Positions 10,976 to 19,739 of a DNA stretch of 64,000 bases are shown piece after piece. Source of the stretch: Bacteroidales bacterium. GTDB lineage: Bacteria > Bacteroidota > Bacteroidia > Bacteroidales > Muribaculaceae. The stretch lies in the NCBI GenBank assembly GCA_014800895.1, contig JAAVFG010000008.1, forward strand, positions 19,635 through 83,634. The letters are read 5' to 3'. Position 1 is the stretch's first letter; the number at the start of each line of letters is the position of its first letter. The notes beneath the pieces were generated by a model. It did not search any database. It was not told where the DNA came from and saw only the letters and a program-made list of their open reading frames with translations. Both the position numbers and the translations under genes were made by a program.

Positions 10976-11674
10976 TTATTTACGTCCTGTTACCGCAACA
11001 TAATCACCACGGTCGTATCCCTCCACAGGTTCCTCCTCACGGATGTCGGAATATAAGGGATGGGCACAAAGAGTCTGTGCGAAGGTCAGATCTTTGAATC
11101 CGGCTCGCTGCAGCGTCTCGATTTTCTCCGCGGTAGTACGCCAGTTCGCCTGCTTAACCAATTCAATGGGATAAGGGTCGCGAGGATGGCAACCTTCAAG
11201 AAGAGGATTATCCCAGCTACCCACTGCCTTCGCGAGATTGTAGAGAAGTCCGTATCCGCTCTCCTTAGGCACATCTATAAGTATTATGCGACCTCCCTCC
11301 GGGAGAGCGTCATATACTTTGCCAACCGTTTTCTGCAGGTCGGTTATATAGCTGGGGCTGCCGTTGAAAAGGACAGTATCATATCTTCCTTTCTCAAATT
11401 CAGCTTCCTCAGCGGTAGCTATGGTAACATCAATTCCTCTTTTACGAGCTATAACAGCCATACTTTCAGAAGGTTCTATACCGTCGGTTATGTTGATTCC
11501 ATATTCATTGCGTAGGAGCATCTCGAACAGACCGCTGCCGCAACCTACCGATAGAATCCTTCCGGCATTATCGAGAACTTTCGCTACCAATTTCAATTCC
11601 GAGCGGAGCACATTTCCGTTTTCAAGAAACCATGTGTCGTATGCCTCCGCATATTCATCAAAGCCTTTTTTCAT
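10976..11674 (-). CDS. Class I SAM-dependent methyltransferase, substrate unknown
   Basis: Motif I ILSVGCGSG, plus GIEPS and YDTVLF. ATGA overlap with the thiF stop. Confidence 0.85.
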   Translation of the reverse strand: MKKGFDEYAEAYDTWFLENGNVLRSELKLVAKVLDNAGRILSVGCGSGLFEMLLRNEYGINITDGIEPSESMAVIARKRGIDVTIATAEEAEFEKGRYDTVLFNGSPSYITDLQKTVGKVYDALPEGGRIILIDVPKESGYGLLYNLAKAVGSWDNPLLEGCHPRDPYPIELVKQANWRTTAEKIETLQRAGFKDLTFAQTLCAHPLYSDIREEEPVEGYDRGDYVAVTGRK

Positions 11675-12372
11675 TTTAGTTTAATCAGATTAGTGTTGAG
11701 GGTCAGGAAATCTATGGTCATTAATGATCCATCGAGGGGAGAGGGTATTCCGATAATCGCTTTCACAGCTTCCGCCGCCTGAAGGCTTCCGACAGTACCC
11801 GGCACGGGACCGAATGCAGCGAGCGTTCTCTTAGGAAGGGAGGTGAAATACTCTTCATCAGGGAATAAGTCTTTATACCTTACTTCGGCGGCTCCATTCA
11901 TAAGAGAGAGCTGACCGGTAAGTTCACCGACTGCTCCATAGACCCATCGCTTTCCCTGTTCTGCACAAACTCTGTCGATAAGATAGCGTGTGGCGTAATT
12001 GTCAGAGCAGTCCATCACAAGGTCATACCCGATGATAATTTCACGGGCATTCTTTTGAGTCAATCCTTCCGGGTGGAGGTTGAATATTATCTCCGGGGAT
12101 AGGTCGAGGAGTCGTCGGTGAGCGGCTTCCGTTTTGGCGATACCCAATGAAGATGTATCGTAAAGCACCTGTCTGTGAAGATTACTCTCTGACACGGTGT
12201 CCGGGTCGCAGAGTCCGATTCTTCCGATTCCGGCTCCTGTGAGATATAGGGCGGCAGGGGAGCCTAATCCGCCGAGGCCGACTATAAGTACTGATGCATC
12301 GCGGAGCTTTCTCTGTCCCTCCGCGCCAATCTCTTTGAGCATCATCTGACGCTCGTATCTTCTCGGTTCCAT
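11671..12372 (-). CDS. thiF: ThiF/MoeB-family ThiS adenylyltransferase
   Basis: RYERQ, VGLGGLG, D.V..SNLHRQ, DCSDNYATR, GPVPGTVGSLQAAEAVK. Confidence 0.92.
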   Translation of the reverse strand: MEPRRYERQMMLKEIGAEGQRKLRDASVLIVGLGGLGSPAALYLTGAGIGRIGLCDPDTVSESNLHRQVLYDTSSLGIAKTEAAHRRLLDLSPEIIFNLHPEGLTQKNAREIIIGYDLVMDCSDNYATRYLIDRVCAEQGKRWVYGAVGELTGQLSLMNGAAEVRYKDLFPDEEYFTSLPKRTLAAFGPVPGTVGSLQAAEAVKAIIGIPSPLDGSLMTIDFLTLNTNLIKLK

Positions 12373-12379
12373 TTAATTC

Positions 12380-13483
12380 TTAATGATTGAACCAATCTTT
12401 CCACACAGGTTCGTACCCGATTTTTCTCAGTGACTCCGCCACCTCTTGTGGAGACCTTTCATCGCTCACCGAGAACTGTTCAAGAGCTTGCGGGTAGGTG
12501 AAATAGCCTCCCGGTTCGGTTTTAGAACCTGCACTCATGGAGGTAGCTCCCAAAGATGCTATATTTTCGCGGAAATAGGGAGTCTCCCGGGTGGAGATGG
12601 ATATATCCACATCATGATCGAATAGACGGAAGGCAAAAATAAGCTGTGCGAGTTCACGGTCGTTCATCACCACATTCGGTTGGAAGCCACCTTCGGATGG
12701 TCTCATGCGCGGGAAATTCACGCTGTATTTCGTTTTCCAATACTTTTTTCTCAGGTACTGAAGATGTATCGCCATCATCGTAACATCAGTGCGCCAATCC
12801 TCGAGGCCAATAAGCACTCCCATTCCGATTTTATGCATTCCTGCCGCTCCCATTCTGTCGAAGCCGTTGACTCTCCATTCAAAGTCAGATTTCATTCCGG
12901 AGGGATGGTACTTTTTATAGTTCTCCCGGTGGTAGGTTTCCTGAAAGCATACCACCCCGTACAGCCCTGCCTTGACAAGACGACTGTAATCTTCCTCGCT
13001 GAGTGGCATGACTTCGATAGTGAGATTATTGAAATATGGGCGGCAAACTTTGAGAGCCTTCTCAATGTATGGCACGCCCGCTGCGTATGGATTCTCACCT
13101 GTAACAATGAGGAGATTGTCGAAAGGGGCAAGTTCTTTTATGGCTCGACATTCCTGTTCAATCTGTTCAGGAGTTAGAATCACACGTTCAAACTTATTGT
13201 GACGGTTGAATCCGCAATATACACAGGCGTTGGTGCAGGAATTGGTGATATACATAGGAATATACATTGACATCGTTTTCCCGAAACGCTGCTGTGTGTA
13301 ATACCGGCTCATGGATGCCATTTCCTCTATATAATCGGAGGCGACAGGAGATATGAGAGCCATGAAATCATCCAACGAGGGATGAGGTTTCCTTAAAGCC
13401 GCCTCTACATCTCCTTTTCCTTTCGATGCTATACGCCGGGTTATATCATCCCAGTCATATTTCTTAAGTTCTTCGGAAAACAT
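12380..13483 (-). CDS. thiH: 2-iminoacetate synthase (radical SAM)
   Basis: CTNACVYCGF CxxxCxxC motif, FQETYH, SVNFPRMRP, ISISTRE, SAGSKTEPGGY, EQFSVSDERS. Confidence 0.96.
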   Translation of the reverse strand: MFSEELKKYDWDDITRRIASKGKGDVEAALRKPHPSLDDFMALISPVASDYIEEMASMSRYYTQQRFGKTMSMYIPMYITNSCTNACVYCGFNRHNKFERVILTPEQIEQECRAIKELAPFDNLLIVTGENPYAAGVPYIEKALKVCRPYFNNLTIEVMPLSEEDYSRLVKAGLYGVVCFQETYHRENYKKYHPSGMKSDFEWRVNGFDRMGAAGMHKIGMGVLIGLEDWRTDVTMMAIHLQYLRKKYWKTKYSVNFPRMRPSEGGFQPNVVMNDRELAQLIFAFRLFDHDVDISISTRETPYFRENIASLGATSMSAGSKTEPGGYFTYPQALEQFSVSDERSPQEVAESLRKIGYEPVWKDWFNH

Positions 13484-13484
13484 A

Positions 13485-14252
13485 TCAGCTCAGGAATGAT
13501 GTGAGGGGGCTGCTTGCCTCCGCGTTAAACTTCTGTGAGCCGAGTCCGGAGATAAAAGCTTCCCTTCCAGCCTCAACCGCCTTTGCGAACGCACGCGCCA
13601 TCAGCTGAGGATTACCGGCAACAGCAATAGCTGTATTCACCAGCACCGCATCCGCACCCATTTCCATTGCTTCGGCTGCATGAGAGGGTGCGCCTATTCC
13701 GGCATCCACCACTACAGGAACATTACTCTGTTCAATGATAAGGCGTATCATATCGCGTGTAGTTATACCCATATTCGTCCCTATCGGCGCGCCCAACGGC
13801 ATCACTGTAGCAGCTCCTGCCTCTTCAAGACGCTTACACAATACAGGATCTGCCTGTACATACGGAAGCACGATAAATCCCATCTTAGCCAATTCCTCGG
13901 TGGCTTTCAGTGTCTCAATGGGATCGGGAAGCAGATGGCGGGGATCCGGATGTATCTCCAGCTTGAGGAAATCAGTCTCGAACGCCTCACGCGCAAGTTG
14001 GGCTGCCAAGACCGCCTCCTCCGCATTACGTACTCCCGATGTGTTGGGAAGAAGCTGTATAGAGGGGGAGAGGATATGGCGGAGCATATCATCCTCCTTA
14101 TCGTGGAGGTCTATACGCTTCATGGCTACGGTAACCATCTCTGTGCCGGAAGCCTCTATAGCGCGTTTCATCTCTTCATTCGACCGGAATTTACCAGTGC
14201 CTAAAAACAGACGTGATTTAAATTCACGTCCGCCGATTGTCAGATTGTCCAT
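13485..14252 (-). CDS. thiG: Thiazole synthase
   Basis: [48 protein letters not shown]. Confidence 0.97.
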   Translation of the reverse strand: MDNLTIGGREFKSRLFLGTGKFRSNEEMKRAIEASGTEMVTVAMKRIDLHDKEDDMLRHILSPSIQLLPNTSGVRNAEEAVLAAQLAREAFETDFLKLEIHPDPRHLLPDPIETLKATEELAKMGFIVLPYVQADPVLCKRLEEAGAATVMPLGAPIGTNMGITTRDMIRLIIEQSNVPVVVDAGIGAPSHAAEAMEMGADAVLVNTAIAVAGNPQLMARAFAKAVEAGREAFISGLGSQKFNAEASSPLTSFLS

Positions 14253-14863
14253 TTTTTTAGTTCTTTAAGTATCTTTTCTGTCTCATATTCCGGTGAGGGA
14301 GCGTTGAGGATAGAGCCGGATACGGCAATTCCACTCACTCCGCTCTTAATTATCTCTTCTATGTCGGCTATACCGATTCCTCCTATTGCCACGACGGGGA
14401 GCTCGGAAACACTCCTCACAGCTCTCATAAGATTAGTGAGACCTTCGGCTCCTAATATCGGACTAAGTTTCTCCTTTGTGGTGGTGAAACGGAATGGACC
14501 CACACCGAGATAATCGGCACCGGCTTCTATCGCTTTCATTGCGTCCTCAATGCTGTTGGCGGTCGCACCGATTATTTTATCCTCTCCGAGTAAGTTCCTG
14601 ACTTCTGCCACAGGCATATCGTTTTTACCGACATGGACACCATCGGCGTCGAGAAAATTCACAAGATGTACACGGTCGTCGAGTATGAATGTGGCTCCGG
14701 CATTTCTGCACATCTCGCCAATCTCTCTGCCGGCAACAATGAATTCCTCGTCGGAAACATTCTTCATGCGTAGCTGTATCCATCCGCAGCCTCCGGCGAG
14801 GGCAGCTTCGACCCCTTGAATCTCATTCATACGGGGGGTGCTGTGAGTTATGAATTGAAGCAT
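14240..14863 (-). CDS. thiE: Thiamine-phosphate synthase
   Basis: [40 protein letters not shown]. Confidence 0.93.
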   Translation of the reverse strand: MLQFITHSTPRMNEIQGVEAALAGGCGWIQLRMKNVSDEEFIVAGREIGEMCRNAGATFILDDRVHLVNFLDADGVHVGKNDMPVAEVRNLLGEDKIIGATANSIEDAMKAIEAGADYLGVGPFRFTTTKEKLSPILGAEGLTNLMRAVRSVSELPVVAIGGIGIADIEEIIKSGVSGIAVSGSILNAPSPEYETEKILKELKKWTI

Positions 14864-15438
14864 TTCAGTTTGAGTAAAGTTTTCAGTAGTGCGGACATTC
14901 TCCCTTTCCTATCCTCCTCCCATATCGTTCCGAGCATTGCCACGCCTCCAAACCCTATGGAGAGTGTCTCGGTAAGATTATCGGGTGTGATTCCTCCCAA
15001 TGCGATTATACGTCTGGTTACTTTTCCCTTCAGCGAAGAGATGTCGAATCCGGGTCTATATCCCGGTTTAGATATGCTGGGATAGATCGGGCTGAGGAAA
15101 AGATAATCCTCGGCGGTATGTGTCGAGATTTCACTGAGTGCATGGCATGAGCGACTGATTATTCCATTAAATCCTTCCGGTGGTTCGGGATTACGGGCGT
15201 TGAGGTGTATGCCGCATCCATAATCGGCGGCAACCTCGTGGAAGTCATGCATGCTCAGGCGGCTGTGCAGTCGGGGAGGAATGGATTCGATAAGGTTTCT
15301 CATTTCTCGCTCTTCTCCTCCGGGTTTGCGCAGATGAACCCTGTCGAACACTTCCGATTGCAGGAGTGCCGATATCCGCTCGCCTTCATTGTCGAAAAAA
15401 TGGGGGAGTGTTATGGCTATAAGTAATGGGGCATTCAT
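14848..15438 (-). CDS. ThiE/TenI-fold protein (second, divergent thiamine-phosphate-synthase homolog; possible thiazole tautomerase)
   Basis: HLRKP, SRSCH, LFLSPIYPSISKPGY, ALGGIT. ATG at 15438 overlaps the thiS stop (ATGA), so it is a better start than the ORF track's 15501. Confidence 0.75.
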   Translation of the reverse strand: MNAPLLIAITLPHFFDNEGERISALLQSEVFDRVHLRKPGGEEREMRNLIESIPPRLHSRLSMHDFHEVAADYGCGIHLNARNPEPPEGFNGIISRSCHALSEISTHTAEDYLFLSPIYPSISKPGYRPGFDISSLKGKVTRRIIALGGITPDNLTETLSIGFGGVAMLGTIWEEDRKGRMSALLKTLLKLKCFNS

Positions 15439-15635
15439 CCTCCGCAGACAGCCGAGATTATTATTACCCTGTCTCCGTCGCGCAGCATGGTATGCCTCCA
15501 ATCCGAGCGAGGCACCACCTTATTGTTTATTGCGGCTGCCATACCCTTGGAATGGGGGTTGTACTTGGTCATCACTTCGTCGAGCGTGATGCTGTCTTCA
15601 AAAATTACTTCCTGATTGTTGATATATATTCTCAT
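15435..15635 (-). CDS. thiS: Sulfur carrier protein ThiS
   Basis: 66 aa ubiquitin-like protein ending AVCGG. Confidence 0.95.
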   Translation of the reverse strand: MRIYINNQEVIFEDSITLDEVMTKYNPHSKGMAAAINNKVVPRSDWRHTMLRDGDRVIIISAVCGG

Positions 15636-15732
15636 CTTGCCTTGAATTTAGAAGTAGCTACTTATGGGAAAATATTAACCGGAGGAGGCCCGCTGGTACA
15701 TTATTAAAGTAACATATCAAGGCTAAAATGTC

Positions 15733-15815
15733 AAGTCCTTTCGGCGGTATTAACCGCATCAAGTTCTTAGGGTATGATCTCAGCCCCGGCATAGCCGAAG
15801 GGCACCCCTCTTGTC
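15733..15815 (-). ncRNA. TPP riboswitch
   Basis: The minus strand reads AGGGGTGC...GGCTGAGATCATACCCTAAGAACTTGATGCGGTTAATACCGCCGAAAGGA, with the CTGAGA/ATACCC/GAT..GGTTAATACC TPP aptamer core, upstream of thiS. Confidence 0.93.
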
Positions 15816-15845
15816 GGGCTGTCGTCTTGGATTACGACAGCATCG

Positions 15846-15853
15846 CAAAGTTA
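15846..15853 (-). promoter_or_regulatory. -7 promoter element of the thi operon
   Basis: CAAAGTTA on + equals TAACTTTG on -, just upstream of an 8-bp 5' hairpin (15818-15841) and the aptamer. Confidence 0.65.
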
Positions 15854-15880
15854 ATCTAAAATTTTTATTCTGCAAAAGGA

Positions 15881-15966
15881 TTTTAGTGGATGGAGCCTTA
15901 TAATTGTAAAACAGAAGTTGCCGGTTAAGAGTAGGCATAAAGAAATTTTAGTGGATGGAGCCTAAA
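15881..15966. repeat. Two 18-bp direct repeats TTTTAGTGGATGGAGCCT (junction-motif family)
   Basis: Identical copies at 15881-15898 and 15946-15963. Confidence 0.85.
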
Positions 15967-16089
15967 AATGAATTTTACTGTTTGAACACTTGCATAAAAT
16001 GATTATCTTTGCCATTTGTAGAGATAGGAGAGGGATATATGAAAGGGGAAAGAAAAAAATTTAAGTAGCTACTTATAAAAATAGAAGAC

Positions 16090-17448
16090 GTGAATCTTAG
16101 GAAAATCTGGATATTACCCGCTGCCTTTGCGGCATTATGCGTATTTGGCGCCCCGATCAAGAAGAATGTTGTTGACGAGGTGGCATGGATTGTAGGCGAT
16201 GAGCCCATCTTTCGTTCTGAAATAGAGGAGCAATACACACAGATGCGTCAGGAGGGTACACCTATCGGCGGCGATCCTTATTGTGTCATCCCGGAACAGC
16301 TCGCGGTCGAGAAGTTATATCTGCACCAGGCTAAATTAGATACCATTACCGCAGGCGAGGGTCAGGTGCAGAGTGAAACTGATGCACGAATGAACATGTT
16401 CGTCAATAATCTCGGCTCAAAGGAGAAGGTGGAGGAATATTTCAATAAGCCCTACAACTCCCTGCGCGACCAGATTATGGAGATGATACGCAATCAGTAC
16501 GTGATAGGAATGGTGCAGAATAATCTGACCAAGAATGTGAAGGCGACTCCTAACGAGGTGAGAAAATATTTCTCTTCGCTCCCCGCGGATTCAATCCCTT
16601 ACGTCCCCTTGCAGGTGGAGGCACAGATAATAAAGATTAATCCCGCAATCCCGCAGCAGGAGATAGAAGATGTCAAGGCACGTCTGCGTGATTATGCCGA
16701 CCGTGTGAATAAAGGGGAAGCGGATTTTTCCACACTTGCCATAATGTATTCCGAAGATGGCTCGGCAATGCGTGGCGGTGAACTTGGTTTTGCAGGTCGT
16801 TCCCACTTTGTCCCGGAGTTTTCCAATGTCGCCTTCAACCTTAATGACCCCAAAAAGGTGTCGCGGATAGTCGAGACCGAGTATGGCTATCATATCATCC
16901 AGCTGATTGAGAAGAGGGGAGACCAGGCGAATTTCCGCCATATTCTCCTCACTCCTAAGGTAAGCCAGAAAGATCTTGAGACTGCAAGAGTGCGCCTCGA
17001 TTCCCTCCGCAAGGAGATACTTGCCAATAAATATTCCTTCGAGGAGGCAGCCCTTTATGTCAGTCAGGACAAGGATACAAAAAATAACAAGGGTATCATG
17101 GTCAATTCCCAGACCGGCAGCTCACGCTTCGAGATGTCGCAGCTTCCTCCGGAGGTGGCTCAACGTATAGAGAGCATGCAGCCCGGCGAATTGTCGGATG
17201 CCTTCATAATGAAAGATGCCGCGAAGAATAAGGATGTAGTTGTGCTCGTGAAGCTTACCGACCGCATACCCGGACATAAAGCCACTCTTGCCGACGACTT
17301 CAACATGATCAAGCAGATGTATGAAGCTCATCAGAAAAAGCAGATTCTAAAGGATTGGGTGGAGAATAAGATCAAGACCACCTATATTAAAATCGGCGAG
17401 GGATGGGACGGCTGCGATTTCAAATATGAAGGCTGGATAAAGAAGTAA
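16090..17448 (+). CDS. surA: SurA-like periplasmic chaperone/PPIase
   Basis: Signal peptide, VVDEVAWIVGDEPIFRSEIE SurA-N region, rotamase domains (YSEDGSA..GGELG). TATCTTTG promoter-like element at ~16003. Confidence 0.88.
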   Translation: MNLRKIWILPAAFAALCVFGAPIKKNVVDEVAWIVGDEPIFRSEIEEQYTQMRQEGTPIGGDPYCVIPEQLAVEKLYLHQAKLDTITAGEGQVQSETDARMNMFVNNLGSKEKVEEYFNKPYNSLRDQIMEMIRNQYVIGMVQNNLTKNVKATPNEVRKYFSSLPADSIPYVPLQVEAQIIKINPAIPQQEIEDVKARLRDYADRVNKGEADFSTLAIMYSEDGSAMRGGELGFAGRSHFVPEFSNVAFNLNDPKKVSRIVETEYGYHIIQLIEKRGDQANFRHILLTPKVSQKDLETARVRLDSLRKEILANKYSFEEAALYVSQDKDTKNNKGIMVNSQTGSSRFEMSQLPPEVAQRIESMQPGELSDAFIMKDAAKNKDVVVLVKLTDRIPGHKATLADDFNMIKQMYEAHQKKQILKDWVENKIKTTYIKIGEGWDGCDFKYEGWIKK

Positions 17449-17451
17449 TCG

Positions 17452-19680
17452 ATGATATTTTTCAAGAAGACACCTTATCTGATTATCACATTCCTGGCAA
17501 TTTTATTATTGTCGGGAATGTATTCCATTGTGCGGGCGCAGCAGCAGAAAGCTCAACAGTCGCAGCAAGAGTCATTCAAGCGCCCCGAGCCGAAAAAGCC
17601 CTTGAAGCCGACCATACCGACTATTAACCGTTATCAGGAGGATAAGGTCTTTTTGGAACATGCCGATTCCCTGTTCCGTCCGCCTCATGATATGGAGGAG
17701 CGCCAGATCGTGAAGGGAAAGGTGGAATTCCGTCAGGGCGGGATGTATATGTATTGCGACTCCGCCTATTATTACCCCGAACTGAACAGCATGGATGCCT
17801 TCGGGCATGTCGTGATGAAGCAGGGTGATACCCTCTTCGTCTATTCCGACAAACTATATTATGACGGCACGCTGCGTCATGCCATTCTTGTCAACGGTCC
17901 CTCACAGAGGGAGGTGATAATGAAAAACCGTAAGGTGACACTCACGACAGACAGCCTTGATTACGATATGATTCAGGATCTGGGATGGTACACCCAAGGT
18001 GGAAAACTGGAGGATGAGGAGAATACTTTGACATCCGTCTACGGACAATATTCACCCTCCACGAAGGTAGCTGATTTCCGTAATAATGTTGTATTGGTCA
18101 ATAAGAGCGACGGCTTCAGGCTCTCGACAGAGGAGTTGACTTACAACACGGAAACCTCAATAGCCGATATCAATACGCGCACTTTGATCGAGGGTAAGAA
18201 TGATACTATCATCACCACTCAGGGATGGTATAATACCAAGACAGATAACGCCACACTGACGGCGCGTTCGGTGATACTGCACAGGGACTCAGCCGGGAAT
18301 GTGATTACCCTCGAAGGAGACTCATTGATTTACGATAAACTTGCTCATATCAGCGAGGCGTTCATGTTCAAGGCTCCCGGTAAGCGGCCACGTCCGATGG
18401 TGCTAACCGACACGGCGAGAAAGATGGAGCTCGTGGGCGGTTTCGGGCGGTACAATGACCTCCTTCAGGAGGCATTGGCTACCAACTACCCGATGCTTAT
18501 AGAATACTCTCGTCCCGACACCCTCTTCCTTCGCGCCGATACAATCCTTACTTTCCAGCGCACGGAAAAGATATGGCCCGACAGCCTGAATCATAATTGG
18601 GATCTCTTCACCCGACAGCGTCTGGGCGCATATAAATCCCTTGAAGATATGACCGATGTCATGGAGCCTTTCCTTACGTTGATGCCCGCCTCCCTCGTTG
18701 CGGTAGGGCAGGCTCCGAAATTATTAGGTTTTGAAGGTGTGACTTTCACCTCATCTTCACGACATCAATCAAAGGAGGAGAATGACTATAATGACGATAT
18801 AGTATCAGAAGAGGAGCTCCTATCCGGCGAATCGGCATCCATCGAGCCATCAGGAGAGGCTGAGACCGAGGTTAGGGAGAATATAGATGATTCAACTGTT
18901 CAGATTGAGGAGATTTATGATCACGAGGAGGTGATAATGCAGGAGGAGCCGGATTCCCTCGAGCTCATACGCCGTAAAGCTATCGCCGACTCCCTTGAAC
19001 GGCTCCGTCCCAAGATAGACCGACTCGGGCGTGACTCGGTGTTTATGGTCGAGGCAAATTATCATGCCGCCAAGGCGATAGGAAAGGCGCGTTTCTTCAA
19101 GAGCGACCTTCAGGGGATAGCGGACACTATTCTCTATCATCAATACGACTCCATGCTCTATCTGCAGCGTAAGCCTGTAGTGTGGAGCGAGGAGCGTCAG
19201 ATATTCGGCGACACCATCAAGGTGCATCTGATAGACTCCGTGGCGGATTGGGCACACCTCCCCGCTGGCGGAATGGTGATAGAGCATATAGACGAGGATT
19301 TCTATAATCAGCTGGCAGGCTCTGAAATATTGGCATTGCTAAGGGATAGCTCGCTTGATCGTCTGATAGTCAATGGCAATGTGGAGGCAATCTTCCTTCC
19401 TATGGAGAATGACTCTACATATAATAAGTTGGTGCAGGCAGAAAGCAGCTATCTGACAGTTGAGATGGACGGTAACAATATGCAGAAGTTGAAGATGTGG
19501 CCCGAGGTGGAAGGTACTGTCCGCCCCCTCTTCCTGGTAAAGAAGAATGAAGAGAAATATCTCCGGGGCTTCAAATGGCTGGAGATGTTGCGCCCCCGAC
19601 GTAAATGGTATGGCGAACACGTGACATGGGAAGATGAATTGGGAGATGTGCCCGACGAGCTTGAAGAATATTTCAAGTAG
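17452..19680 (+). CDS. OstA/LptA-like beta-jellyroll envelope protein
   Basis: Repeated beta-strand motifs (YMYCDSAYYY, TLTTDSLDY, DLQGIADT), located between surA and mutL, with an acidic internal insertion. Confidence 0.8.
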   Translation: MIFFKKTPYLIITFLAILLLSGMYSIVRAQQQKAQQSQQESFKRPEPKKPLKPTIPTINRYQEDKVFLEHADSLFRPPHDMEERQIVKGKVEFRQGGMYMYCDSAYYYPELNSMDAFGHVVMKQGDTLFVYSDKLYYDGTLRHAILVNGPSQREVIMKNRKVTLTTDSLDYDMIQDLGWYTQGGKLEDEENTLTSVYGQYSPSTKVADFRNNVVLVNKSDGFRLSTEELTYNTETSIADINTRTLIEGKNDTIITTQGWYNTKTDNATLTARSVILHRDSAGNVITLEGDSLIYDKLAHISEAFMFKAPGKRPRPMVLTDTARKMELVGGFGRYNDLLQEALATNYPMLIEYSRPDTLFLRADTILTFQRTEKIWPDSLNHNWDLFTRQRLGAYKSLEDMTDVMEPFLTLMPASLVAVGQAPKLLGFEGVTFTSSSRHQSKEENDYNDDIVSEEELLSGESASIEPSGEAETEVRENIDDSTVQIEEIYDHEEVIMQEEPDSLELIRRKAIADSLERLRPKIDRLGRDSVFMVEANYHAAKAIGKARFFKSDLQGIADTILYHQYDSMLYLQRKPVVWSEERQIFGDTIKVHLIDSVADWAHLPAGGMVIEHIDEDFYNQLAGSEILALLRDSSLDRLIVNGNVEAIFLPMENDSTYNKLVQAESSYLTVEMDGNNMQKLKMWPEVEGTVRPLFLVKKNEEKYLRGFKWLEMLRPRRKWYGEHVTWEDELGDVPDELEEYFK

Positions 19681-19739
19681 GAGGCAAGAGATAATTTTTG
19701 ACGACTTGGTCCTGTAAAAATAAGGAAGGAGAAACGTAT

